From Caecitellus pseudoparvulus (taxonomy: Eukaryota; Protista; Bigyra: Bicosoecida), in contig CBFFRQ010000062.1 in assembly GCA_965644315.1 (NCBI GenBank), positions 62,001 to 126,000 on the forward strand: 64,000 bases of DNA, read 5' to 3'. The position numbers and the translations under genes were made by a program. A model generated the notes under the pieces. That model had not been told where the DNA came from. It did no database searches and was given only the letters and a program-made list of their open reading frames with translations. Below are positions 44,101-55,800 of this stretch, piece after piece (position 1 is the first letter of the stretch; every line of letters begins with the position of its first letter).

Positions 44101-46019
44101 ACGCCGGCCGCAACCTTCGCCGCAGCAGCGCCATCGTCATCAACCCGTCTGACTCAGGGACGCTGGCCAAGGTTCGCCGGCTGAGTCGCGGCCCCAGCTC
44201 CCTGGCCGCCGTGAGCGAGCAGGAGGTGCCCGAGGGGCAGGAGTGGGGTCCAGATGCGCCGGGGTCCATGGAGCCGGCCCAGCTGCACCTGGAGCGGTGC
44301 CTGACCGTGCCTGGGTACTTGGCTCTGGGAGGCGATTCCCTCGCCTACGTGCAGACGTGGGGGCGGTATGGCTGGGGGGTGCAGACCCTGCGGCACGAAG
44401 AGCCAGAGGACCCCAGCGAAGGGGAAGTGGCTGCCTCTGCCGCGCGTGGCGAGGAGGGCGGCGGCTGGTTCGTGGACCTGCACGAGCGGCTGACGTACGA
44501 AGACACAGAGGACAACCTGCAAGGCCCCTTCACCGCCCGGGACATCTTCGAGTGGCACGAGGAGGGGTACATGCCCGACGACATGATGATCCGCTGCGGC
44601 ACCGAGGAGGACGGCGGCGAGGTTGTGCTGTTGCAGGACATCATCTCCACTCTGGCCATTCGGGCTCACCTGTCCCGCCTGCGGGAGCTGGTGTACGAGG
44701 CGGGTGAGGCGGGCAATGTGGACTCCTGGGGCTTCAACATGTTCGCGCTGGAGATGGAGCACCCCGTGCACGCCATTCCCATCGCCTCCTACGTCTTCGC
44801 CGCCTTGCGCCTGCCCAAGTTCTTCTCCATCCGCGAGGACACCTTCGTGGCCTTCCTCGGCGACGTCTGCGACCGCATGTGCCTGTACCCGGACAGCACG
44901 CCGTACCACAACTACTGGCACGTCACAGACGTCTTGCATGCTGTGTACGTCATGCTGACCCAGTTCGGCGCAGGGGCGCTCCTGACACCTGTCGAGACGC
45001 TGGGGCTGGCTGTAGGCGCCCTCTGCCACGACCTGGAGCACCCTGGCCTGGGCAACTCGTACCAAGTCAAGGCCCAGACGGAGCTGGCCCTGCGGTACAA
45101 TGACACGTCGGTGCTGGAGAGCCACCACGCGGCCCTGGCCAGCTTGGTCGTGCGTGACACGGCGCTGTTCGGGGAGTTGGCGCCGGAGGTGTCCAGCGCC
45201 GCGCGCAAGGTCATGCTGAACGCCATCCTGGCCACGGACATGACGTGCCACTTCGGGCTGACTTCTGACCTGCGCGGCGTCGCGGAGCGCCATGCCGACC
45301 GCTTGGCGTACTTGACCTCCTCGGCCCGCCGTACGGCCATCGAGGCGGCTGCAGTGGCCTCCAACGCCACCTCCCACTACGGTGTGGAGGGCACGCCCCA
45401 CAAGCCGGCAGACGGGTACTCCCTGGCGGCCAGCATTCCCCAGGCGGACCGGGAGATCATTTACAAGACCATCCTGCACGCAGCTGACATCTCCAACCCC
45501 TGCAAGCCGTGGGAGCTGTGCAAGCTCTGGTCCGACCGGGTGGTGGAGGAGTTCTTCATGCAAGGCGACCGGGAGAAGCAGGAGGGCCTGCCAGTGTCCC
45601 CCAACATGGACCGTGACAACACCCACCAGGCCAAGATGTCCCTGAACTTCATCGATTTCATCGTCGCGCCGCTGTTCGTGGCCATGACCACCCTGCTCCC
45701 ACGCATGCAGCTGGCCTGCGACACGCTCTCCTCCAACCGCGACCAGTGGGAGAGCATCGTGCAGCAGGACTTGAAGGCCACGAAGCCCAAGGGGCGGGGG
45801 GGCGCCGCCGCGGTGGAGGCAGAGCGCAAAGTGTGGAAGCGCCGGCAGACCGCCTTTCAGGAAGTGCTCATGCCCCTTGCAAAACTCGGCGCCACGAACG
45901 CTGCCACGGACGACGCCCGCGCCATGGCGCTGTCTGGCTTGCAGACATTCGTCGCAGCCAACGTGGTGGCTGAGGAAGACGAGCCTGCCAGCAAGGGCAG
46001 GCGCAAGTTCCGTGCATGA
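38162..46019 (+). CDS. Soluble adenylyl cyclase (ADCY10-type) fused to P-loop NTPase, PH, C2, GYF and class I cyclic-nucleotide phosphodiesterase domains; intron 38260-38551
   Basis: Exon 1 MKFVEALASYLPSLIV; FADVSGFT, KFAGDA, NKFLMDDKG, EYSVLGDTVNLSARL; EGAMGTGKT; PH KSGWL..WKRRW..DDWV; C2 VHVWDKDKYGADSLIG; GYF QGPFTARDIFEWHEEGYM; PDE YHNYWHVTD, HDLEHPGLGN, LESHH, ATDM, HAADISN, EFFMQGD. Confidence 0.9.
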
Positions 46020-46208
46020 GGTGCCGCAGGTGCCTGCTTCCTGTCGTCCGTGCGTTGCCCCTCCAGTGTTTCTGCCAGCACCTCGGTGCCTGCCACCGAC
46101 GCGCATCAATGCAGCCTTGACTTTGCTTGTCGATGTAAATGGGTGGCTGGACTGCACCGTGCTCGCTCTCAGATGGGCATTGGTTGCTTGTGTGGTGGTA
46201 AAAAAGAG

Positions 46209-46290
46209 CGTCAACTGAAGGATTCGAACCTTCGCATGCATAGCACAATCGCTTAGCAGGCGATCGCCTTAACCACTCGGCCAAATTGAC
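46209..46290 (-). tRNA. tRNA-Ser(GCT)
   Basis: Reverse complement GTCAATTTGGCCGAGTGGTTAAGGCGATCGCCTGCTAAGCGAT...GGTTCGAATCCTTCAGTTGACG; anticodon GCT, long variable arm, T-run terminator downstream. Confidence 0.95.
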
Positions 46291-46376
46291 TGTTAGAGGG
46301 GGCGAAAAAAATTAGGTACTTGTTGTTTGCGTCGCCAGCCACGCGCAACAAAGTGTGGAATGCACGCAAAAAGAAG

Positions 46377-46458
46377 CGTCAACTGAAGGATTCGAACCTT
46401 CGCATGCATAGCACAATCGCTTAGCAGGCGATCGCCTTAACCACTCGGCCAAATTGAC
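46377..46458 (-). tRNA. tRNA-Ser(GCT), identical second copy
   Basis: Identical 82-nt sequence 168 bp from the first copy, with different flanks and its own T-run. Confidence 0.95.
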
Positions 46459-46702
46459 ATTCTGACGCTTGCGAGCCATAAAAATTATATAAAATAATGT
46501 TGTAATGACTCCTGAATGCTACGAGTTGCCTGCAAACTACAATGCTGCAGTTGGGACGCCCCTGCACTTTACAGGTCACAGCAAGCGGGACTGTGGAAGG
46601 GCTTGCGTGCTTCCTGTGCGTTTTACCCCCACTGCTTGCTGCGCCTGTCTCGGACGCTGTGAGGCCAAGTGGCAGGAGCGGCCAGAGTTTCGCGTTTCAG
46701 CC

Positions 46703-48687
46703 ATGGGCAACGTGCTGGACTGCGCCAGCCCGCTGGACCTGCCAGCAGGAGATGCGCCGGGAGAGGAGGCAGGCACAACCCTGCAGGATGTTCGCTTGCG
46801 TGAGAGCATGCTGTGGCTGCTGAACCGTGCCTTTTACTCTCAAGTTGGGGGCGCCGCGTGGTCCAACGGGACAGTGCCAAGTTTCATGACCACCAATGCG
46901 TACATTGCGAGGGCATATGCGAAGGTCATCTTGGGCACGACGCTGGACATTTGGAGGGAAGGCACAGTTGGGAGCACCAATGAGCCCCTGTACATTGTGG
47001 AAGTGGGCGGCGGATCAGGGCGCCTGGCGTACCTGATCTTGGAAGTGCTGTCCCGATTCCAGGACTTCCTCCCACGCGACGCCCAGGGACGGGTGTTGCT
47101 GCGCTACGTCCTCACCGACGTCTCAGAGGCCATGCTGAAGTCCTGGCGCGAGAAGCCTTTGATGAAGGCCATGTGCGACCACGCCGAGGGGCTAGGCATC
47201 CTGGACTATGCAGTGTTTGACGCGGAAAAAGACGAGGCAGTGCGTGAAACGCTGACGGCACGCCAACTGAAACCCTGCTGCGCGCCCCCTGCACTTGACC
47301 CCACACGCCTTCACAGATCAAGCTGGCAATCAGCGGCACGACGATCGAAGCCGGGGCCCAGGCCAACCCCATCATTTTCATCGCCAACTACGTCATGGAC
47401 AGCCTCTCGCAAGATGCCATCCGACTGCCGAAGGAGGGTGGCCTCGCTGTCGCCAACACCCGACTGACGCTGTCTGGCGACGTGGCCGACGCTGTCGCAG
47501 CGCTGCGAAAGGCGTCAGGCCCGGAGGATGCTGACTCGCTCCCCGCGCTCTCGGCGGCCGGGTTGGCCAAGGCAGCCGACAGTGTTGGCGCGGAGCTGTC
47601 CATGGGGGACGTTACCGTGGCGTGGAGCTACAGCCCCGTGGAATCTCCGGCAGCCCTGTACCCGGACAACCCTGTCTGGGCCAGCATTGTGGAGGGGTAC
47701 CGCTCCACCCTCTCAGCCGGCACCGTGCTCATGCCGGTGGGCGGGCTGTCCTTCCTGGAGCGGGCGCAGATTCTCACGGGGGGCAACGCCATCGTCCTGG
47801 TGGGGGACAAGGGCTACACACAGCCTTGGGAAATGGGTGTGTTGGCTGAGGAGGGTGGAGAAGGCGATGCAGGTGTGGCACGGGGTGACCCCCACCTGGC
47901 CACACACGGCAGCGTGAGCATGATGGTGAACTTTGACGCCCTGCGAGCGTGGACAGCGGCGCAGGGGGGTGCCTGGATGGGCACTGACCAGCTCGTCGGC
48001 TTCAAGGTGGCTGCCATCATGCTGTCCTCGGCGCAGGGCAGTGCCGCCAGCCCAGCCTCAGGCCTCGGCGCAGCGGTGCCTGACGCACCAAGCCAGGTGG
48101 CGGCTGCGCTCACCCACACGGGCTTTCACTTCAAACACGGCGTGGCGCGCTTCTCCCCGGAGGACTTTGCCACTCTGCAGCGCAACGTCAAGATGGAGGT
48201 GTCCAATCCCTCCCTGCGCCTGCTGCTGGCCCTGCTGCGCCTGGCGGGGCATGACTCGGAGGTGCTGCTGAAGTTCAAGGCCGTGCTCATCGCCCGGGCG
48301 GCTGAGCTGCGCAAGGGCGACCCCCTCGCTGCCGACATGCTGGCGTGTGACGTACCCCGGGCCCAGGCGGTCTACTTTCCCCTGCAGCCGGAGGCGGACC
48401 TGCACTTTGAGCTGGGCAGGGTGTGCATGGGGCTGGCTGACTACGCCTCTGCCCGGGAGCTGTTCCACGCCTCCAACTCCACTGCGGGGGAACACCACGT
48501 GTCCTGGCACAACATCGGCCTGTGCGGGTGGTTCCTTGGAGAGGACACGGCGGCCGTGGCCGCCTTTGAGAAGTGCCTCGCCATGAGCCCAGAGTACGCC
48601 GAGGCTCACAAGTGGATGGGCAAGGCCAAGGCCAGGATGGCATCTACGGCTGCTGCAGATGCCAGCGAGGTGCAGGTGGAGGCGTGA
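46703..48687 (+). CDS. SAM-dependent methyltransferase (MidA/NDUFAF7-related fold) with C-terminal TPRs; intron 47240-47316
   Basis: LWLLNRAFYSQVG..W..VPSFMTTN, motif I YIVEVGGGSGRLAY, IANYVMDSL, GDKG, THGSVSMMVNFDA; TPR WHNIGLC...AFEKCLAMSPEY. Confidence 0.75.
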
Positions 48688-48735
48688 ATGCAAGCACCCG
48701 CGTGCATGCATTGGTCTCGTCCCCACACGTGGCCA

Positions 48736-49069
48736 TCATTGGCCTGCTGGCGCTGCGGCTGCCGGATTACTCATTGCGTTGAACTTGGCGAACTCCCCCT
48801 GTACCATCTCGTGCACTTGGAAGTACTTGGGGACACACCGGTCAATGCAAGACATTTCGCCCACCTCCAGCTCCGCCGATCGCGCCGTGTGGACACACTT
48901 GCGGTAGCATTCCTCCACCATGCTGCGAGGGGCACCAAGCGATTTCCGCACTCTGTCGCTCTGCGCCGCCCACACACTTCCACAGGACTCACCGGCTGTG
49001 CAGGTCGTTCAGGCCCGAAATTTCCATCTGTGTCATGGCTTTCACGTCATCCTTCGTGGGGGCCGCCAT
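48736..49069 (-). CDS. TIM10: Mitochondrial small Tim chaperone Tim10 (one intron)
   Basis: Spliced MAAPTKDDVKAMTQMEISGLNDLHSRMVEECYRKCV...LEVGEMSCIDRCVPKYFQVHEMV, with twin CX3C motifs. Confidence 0.88.
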
Positions 49070-49376
49070 TGCTGCCTATTGAGAAAGCCCCAGGAGGTGT
49101 GGCTCCTTGCTGCACGAGCCAATTCGGAAGGCCGAACCTGCCACAGGAAAAGAGCTGCCGGGGCAAAGCGCCTGGCAGCCTGGAGAGGGATGTGTGGCTG
49201 GGGAAGCGTAATTTCTTGTGTGGGGCCCATTTCGTAGGTCAAACATGAAAATGGCGAGGTGCGCACAAAGAATTTTCAAGTAGCCTGCACCACGCTGCCT
49301 CATTGTGTCATAGTAAAGGCAGAGGTACGTAGAGCATATCAAAGTGATCGCAGCTACTGTATTGATTCGAGGTCAG

Positions 49377-52253
49377 TCATGCTGACACCGTCACCGACTG
49401 TGACGGCGACGCACCATCTAGGTCCAGCCGAGTGCGCGCTGCCCAACGTTGCAGACCTGCCCGGTCTGCTGCGGCCAGAGACAAAGGTTGACCTCGGTCA
49501 GCACCGGGAAGGCAGCACTCGGAGCAAGGGCGGCACCTTCGCCCACCACACATCGGGCCAGGCAGGGAGTTGGGGGCGCTGAACACAGCAAGGTGAGACA
49601 GGCCCGGCTGTGGGAATCCCATAAGTAGAGTTTCACCGCCACCGTGCACTGCCCACTTGGAGGAGACTAATGAAATCATGTCCAAGACAGCGCTCGCCAG
49701 CTGTGCACAGGCAACAAACATCCAGATGCTGAAGACCCTGGACCAGGTAGACAACCCATCAAACCCCACCCCACTGGGGTCCCACCCCGCATCAGCTGCC
49801 AGGGCGAATTGGATAACAGGCACCAGCATTGCGAACAGGAAGCCAAGCACCATGCAGATACCGCCAAAGAGGAAGACACTGAAGCCCAGCACCTCGCATG
49901 AGCACGGCTCGACGTGCTGACCTTCTCGTCTGCAGCAGCGGGGCACGATCACCTGCGCGATGAAGAGGCCCATGGCGGACAGGACGATGCTGGCGGCAAT
50001 CACGGCGACAAAACTCCACAAGGGCACTAGGGCCACGACAAAGGTGACGACACTGTCTAGCGCAAACATGAAGAACACCTGCTGCACCACAACCCACAAG
50101 CACGCAACGGTGGCGGCTGTCACTTGGGTCAGAGCCGAGCAGCTGCTGAACGTGCCAAAGGTCGCTGCCTGGTATACGCGCTCAGACATGTGCATCTGAG
50201 CAAAGCCAAGCACAGTGGCCACGTTCAGCGGCAGGCCACACTCGAGCCACGAGAGGCCGTCTGTCAGTGCCGATTGGCTGCTTTTCAGAACGCACAGAAG
50301 TGTACCCGCCATGAAAGCCAGCGGAGCAAGCAAGGAAAGTGCCTGGGTCGTGACTTGGCAGCTGCGCACTGTGCGGGTGAAGCGCGTGGGGGGCTGGAAC
50401 AGGGGAAAGTCAGCGCCGAGAAAGGTCGCGCTTGTCCGCCCAAGGGCTGTGAAGCCGGCTGCCTCGCTCCATCGCCAGCACAAGTAGCACCTTCGCGTGC
50501 CCGGGTTGAGAGCCGATGCAACGACAATTTCGTCCCCCGACATGACGGGCATTTCTTCCAGCCAGCGCTGCCGGGCAGCGTTCCACTTCTCACGCTCACC
50601 CTCATCACGGAACACCTGGTACGGCAGCACTGGACCTGCACGCAGCAGCCGCACCTCAGCACTTGGGTCCAGTGCGCTCGCGACCACGTTCACGGTGTTT
50701 GTCAAGAACATGCAAAAGGAACACAGCAGAAATGGGACCCCGACGAGCCACCACCAGCCCCCTCCGTACATCATGGCCACTGGGAACGTCAACAAAGTCA
50801 AAGGTCCAACTGTGCCCAGGAGGGTCTCAGCCGTCCACATGGACAGCAGCTCAAACCAGCCATGCAGGCGATCTCCTCGCTCAAGCTCGCGCAGGATGCT
50901 GGGGACGCGTTTCACGGCGTCTCGCTTCGCAGCTTTCTTTCGAATGCGACCCTGCACGAGGCCCATGTAATCGCGGCTGCTCTGCAGAACCCTGGGATCA
51001 CGTACGAGTGCCTGCAGCGATGGCAGCTGGCCATGCACGGTTGCGAATTCACGGGCTCGGCTCATGGCGCGGTACCGTTGCAGCTGCGACAGCCCCTGCA
51101 GCTTCTTTTCTGCCCCCAGCACCAACGTTTCTTTCTGCCCCGACCACGCCGACCTGACTGTCACGGCCGTCCCGGGCGTTGGTGCAGGGCTGCCCAGTGG
51201 TTCCGGCGGCGGCATCTCCGCTGCTTCCAGAATGTCCTCCGGCAGCAGCGCTTCCGGCTGGGCGGCATCCCCAGCGCCTATGCGGGGGGCCTGCATAAGG
51301 TTGCGTGGAATGCGCTGTCCGGCGTGGCGCAAGCGCATGCGCTTCAAGTGCGCTGCTCGGTCGGCAGCCTGCTTGATTTGAGCCTGCGCGACTTCCCACT
51401 CTTCGTCGTCCTCTCCCTGGTGAGGGCGCGGCACACCATAGCTGTGCGTAGATATGCCGAGCAAAGTCTGGCCTTCACGGGAGGTCCCCAGCAACATTGC
51501 TTGTTGCTCCTCGGGCAGCTCTGTCGTGCCCAAGTGCTCTGTCGCCACACTCGAATCCAAAGCTTGACCAGCACGTGCGGCGCCGCCATCGCCAAGCAAC
51601 GCAGGGCCTGCAGGTACACCAGGGGCCGGTTGATCCCCACCATGACGCGCACCTTCGGCGAAATCTTCGTCGTCTACGACTCCGGCTTCTGCCTCCACCA
51701 CGCGCTGAACGAACATGTCTGCGTGGGCCCGTGTGAGCCACTCGCAGCCCTGCCGCACCTCCTCGCTGCGCTCCTGCGCCTCCCTGACCTCACGGGCCCA
51801 AGCCCCCATCGCATCCTGTGCGATCCCGGGCTGCGTCAAGTCTCGAGTTCCAAACGCTTGTCCACGGACACTGGCTCGCCACTGCATCTCCCACCACTCG
51901 CTCTGCCCATGCGACTGCACTTGTCTCCACCACGCCAAAGTGTGGCTGCAAGTTTGACCGTACCGTGCCGCCTCACCTACCCCGAGAAAACCCAGCAAGT
52001 GGTTCATGCAAATGCGAGGCAACATGCTTGCGAGGGACACCTCTGAGCGGTCAGCGTAAACTTGCAAGGCGACATGGTCCGGAGCAGCAGCGGCAGCAGC
52101 AGAAACCGATTCCTGCTCATGCCCTGTCCCAAGGGGTCGGGAAGAAGCCCCAAAGCCAGACCCCTCGTGGAGCTCCCCACCTGCGGCAGTGTACATGGTT
52201 CTCGTGGACTGGGGATTCAGCGGCTGTCGAATGGCGTCCTCAGGCTCGTCCAT
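49377..52253 (-). CDS. Multi-pass membrane protein with N-terminal F-box-like motif and TMEM185-like TM region
   Basis: LASMLPRICMNHLLGFLGVGEAARYGQTC is F-box-like; the C-terminal half has ~8-9 hydrophobic helices with recurrent SW/F-x-x-x-x-PLW-like motifs. Confidence 0.5.
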   Translation of the reverse strand: MDEPEDAIRQPLNPQSTRTMYTAAGGELHEGSGFGASSRPLGTGHEQESVSAAAAAAPDHVALQVYADRSEVSLASMLPRICMNHLLGFLGVGEAARYGQTCSHTLAWWRQVQSHGQSEWWEMQWRASVRGQAFGTRDLTQPGIAQDAMGAWAREVREAQERSEEVRQGCEWLTRAHADMFVQRVVEAEAGVVDDEDFAEGARHGGDQPAPGVPAGPALLGDGGAARAGQALDSSVATEHLGTTELPEEQQAMLLGTSREGQTLLGISTHSYGVPRPHQGEDDEEWEVAQAQIKQAADRAAHLKRMRLRHAGQRIPRNLMQAPRIGAGDAAQPEALLPEDILEAAEMPPPEPLGSPAPTPGTAVTVRSAWSGQKETLVLGAEKKLQGLSQLQRYRAMSRAREFATVHGQLPSLQALVRDPRVLQSSRDYMGLVQGRIRKKAAKRDAVKRVPSILRELERGDRLHGWFELLSMWTAETLLGTVGPLTLLTFPVAMMYGGGWWWLVGVPFLLCSFCMFLTNTVNVVASALDPSAEVRLLRAGPVLPYQVFRDEGEREKWNAARQRWLEEMPVMSGDEIVVASALNPGTRRCYLCWRWSEAAGFTALGRTSATFLGADFPLFQPPTRFTRTVRSCQVTTQALSLLAPLAFMAGTLLCVLKSSQSALTDGLSWLECGLPLNVATVLGFAQMHMSERVYQAATFGTFSSCSALTQVTAATVACLWVVVQQVFFMFALDSVVTFVVALVPLWSFVAVIAASIVLSAMGLFIAQVIVPRCCRREGQHVEPCSCEVLGFSVFLFGGICMVLGFLFAMLVPVIQFALAADAGWDPSGVGFDGLSTWSRVFSIWMFVACAQLASAVLDMISLVSSKWAVHGGGETLLMGFPQPGLSHLAVFSAPNSLPGPMCGGRRCRPCSECCLPGADRGQPLSLAAADRAGLQRWAARTRLDLDGASPSQSVTVSA

Positions 52254-52825
52254 ACAGTATGGTTGTGCACGCAGCAAGTTGCTGGCGTAGCCGCTGGTGG
52301 CAGGCCTGCACTTGCAGCTGAAACTCTGAGGCGGTCCTGCACCGTCAAGTGCTGGAGAAGCTTGCCTGGCTCTGGATTTCGTTGTCTTGACAACGTTTTG
52401 GCAGCTCCGATGAAGGTGCCCGTACCAGTGGCCCACACAACGCAACCAGCTTCAGCACCCTGCGAGCCAAGTCACCCCAGTTCAAAAAGGCCTTGCACGG
52501 TACGACGCGTCAATGAATCCCAAACATCACGCCTGGCGTTCCCACAATCATTCTGACTCCGTCTGGCGATTGGTCCCTGTTGGCAACGGGACAACTCCCC
52601 ATTCTTCCCTCATCCACCGCCCAGAGCACCCGGCACGGCGCTCAGATCAAGGCAGACGTGTCTGCATCGGAGTAACCGGCAAACGCAGGCCTTTCAGCAA
52701 CTGCAGCAGGCTAAGAGCAGCAGGTTGGCCTGCGCTTTGCCAGAGGACGCCACCCCTTAAGCTACAGTGTGCCAGTTCATCACACCCTGCGCAGTGCCAG
52801 GCTGGGCACTGTCCAAGGTAGCAGC

Positions 52826-55800
52826 ATGAGGTTTGTTCAGTCCAGTGGCCACGCCGGAGAGCGGAATTTGAGAGCTGCGCAGCGGCTGCTCTGCGCCTCG
52901 TGCCTGCGCTACCCCCGCAGCCGCTGCTACGCTTGCACGTGCAGAGAGGCATTTTCAAACGCAAGACAACTACGCTGGCCGGCCTTGCTCACATTGGCTG
53001 CATGCATGCTCTCTGTTATGCTTGTCTTCGCTGGTCCCCTGTCTTCTGGCGCGTTTCCACGCCTGCGGCAGCAGTCCAAGATCACACAGGACGTCACAGA
53101 AGTGCAGGAGGCCCCCCCTGAGCAAGGACGGACTCGCGCATGCCCTGTTGAGGGCCCCCTTACCCTGGTCTCCCACGCAGGGTTCTTGCCGGAAGAGCCT
53201 GCAGGCGTGCAGGCACTGGCTGGCTGGCTCCAATCGCTTGCTCTGCCTCAGGGCAATGCTGGCGTAGCTTCCATTTCGTTTGTCCTGGACGCCTCCACGA
53301 GCAAAACAGACATGCCCGACCAGACAGAGCAAGGCATCCCTATTAGGTACGCACGGGCCAGCACACTGCCTGTGCAGGTGGAGGCGCTGCTGTCGGCCGG
53401 TCGGGCGCCGACAGCTGCCGTGCTGTTGCTGGATCCCATGGCGCCGATCGGCCCCACAGCTGTAGCGGACTTGTACCGCGAGTGGCGCACTTCGCCTTGT
53501 TCCCTCGTTGGTCCAATGCCACGAGGCCTGCGCAGTCCAAGCCAGCCACACCTTGGGATGGCCATGGTCGGCGCGCAACAACTGCACCCACTGCAGTCGA
53601 GCGCTGAGTTGCCTCGCTGCAGGGAGGATGCGATTGATTCTCTCTTGCCATTGGCGAACCAACAGCTGGTGCGTGGTGTCACGTGGCAAGAGCCCTTGCT
53701 GCAAGCGTTCGCCGCCTCCCCAAGCACTGTTCAGACTGGGAACATCGCAACTACCTGGAGCTTCAAGGGCCAACGCGAGTGCCAGGCTGACGAGCTGCTT
53801 GGGAGCGTCTTCAGCCCAAAGAGGACTCTCGCCGGCATCTTGCCCGAGGGCATGCTCGGCATGCGCGTGTTTGTGTATGACATGCCGGAGGAGTTTACGT
53901 TGAGCTACTTGAAGGAAGCAAGCACATCGAGGGGCCGACTCAACAAGTGCTCGTCCTCCTTCTATGCCAGCGAGCAGCGGGTGCATGAGTACTTGCTGGA
54001 CTCTCCATGGCGCGTTGAGGACCCTGCGCAAGCTGACCTGTTCTATGTCCCTGTGTATGTTGCCTGTGCGATCAAGCTTGGGCTTCGGGTGCAGCTGCAG
54101 CAGGAAGGCACGCGCAAGCCAGGCTTTGCGCCAGACCTGCAAGGGCTGCAAGACATTATGAAACGTGTCCTGACCTACATCCGGCGCGAGCATCCCTTTT
54201 GGGACATGTCCGGTGGGAGGGATCACGTTTGGGCGTTTTCTCAAGGGGCGGGGGCAGCTGTTTTCGGTGACGAGCTGTGGGACGAGGTGCAGCACAGCAT
54301 TGTTTTGACCACGAACGGCCAACTGTCAGAGGCGACGTATCGCATGGACCACGACATTGTGATTCCTTCGTTCATGAACAGAGTCCCGGGCGTTCTCCAT
54401 CACAACCCACTCAACTCATCCCTCTCGCGCCCGCTAGCTGTGTACTGGGGTGGCTCGTTGATGGAGGACAAGCGATATTCCCGTGGGGTGCGGCACGCCC
54501 TTGTCGATGCTTTTGACGGGGGTGAATTCCCCAAGGACGTGCTCGTTGAAGTTTCCAAGGGCAAGTGGAGGGACACTTTCACCAAGCAGCTGGAGTCCAA
54601 GTTCTGCCTTGCTCTGGAAGGCTGGTGGACATGGACGCCACGCCCTTTCGAGTCCCTGCTCCAAGGGTGCATCCCGGCCCTGGTTTCCGACGACATCATC
54701 CTGCCTTTCCAGCGTTTCCTCGAGTGGGACAGCTTCTCTGTGAAACTGAGTCCCATCAGAGGCATCCATGCCATCGTGTCGGCGCTGCGATCCGTTCCGC
54801 AGCAACAGGTGCGGCACCTTCAAGCGGGCGTCGCGAGGAGCTGGGCCGCATTCCATTGGACGGCACCTTTCGGCCAAGCTGGCGCGTACCTTGCTGCCGA
54901 GTTAATTCTCAAAGCCCACACCCTGCGCAGCTTGCGGCGCTTTGAGGTTGGTGCGCAGTGGCTTCCGTTGAGGCTCACGCGGGAGTGGGGTGTTGCTGAA
55001 GCGGTGGACAGCCGCCAAGTCAGCCTGTCAGTCCTGTCGGGAAGCACGAAGTACATTCGCTCGAGAACAGAGTCTTGTAGTGCCCTCATCTCCGTCCAAC
55101 GCAGCGCATGCTTCCTGAAGGGGCGCTCACATTGCTTCAAGGAGTCCTTGAGCGCAGCGCTGTGGGAGGCCTGCCCCCACTTGGACTATGGGTACAGCAG
55201 CCGCGCAGCTGCAGTGCGGCAGGGTGGGCATTTGCGCGACCCTGCTGCGTCGACACCGATCGTGCAAAAGATCCCTTCCGCGACTCGTGATGCGCACTTT
55301 ACCATCACCCCCTACCTTTTTGTCGGCAGCAAGGTGTACAAGGTGGGTTGGTCAACATCCATCTTGCCAATAAGCATCGTGACACAGCTCAGCGTAGACC
55401 GCCTGAATCACCTGCTCGATCTGGCCGAGTTCTGGAAAGGGCCTGTATCAGCTGCAGTGTTCCTGCAAGGGGCAAGCTGGTCTTTTCAGCGTCTGCTCGA
55501 GGTTGTGCAGCAGCGCCCCGACGCTGCCAAGTGGCTCGCGCTGCATGTTGTGGTGCCACTGGGGGCCGGCATTGACGCTCACAACGTGTACCCCGTGAAC
55601 TTGCTCCGCGCAGTTGCCCAGCAGCTAGCGACGGCTGATCTGGTCTTCGCCCTGGACGCAGATGTTATGCCATCTGCGAGCATGGCGGAGTTCTCTCGCG
55701 TGCTGTTGCGAGTCAAGCAGGCTGAAGGGCAGGGCGAACTTGGCACGCCATCCCGAGGGTCCATGGAGAACTGCAAAGCTGGGCAGGCACGAAATTCCAA

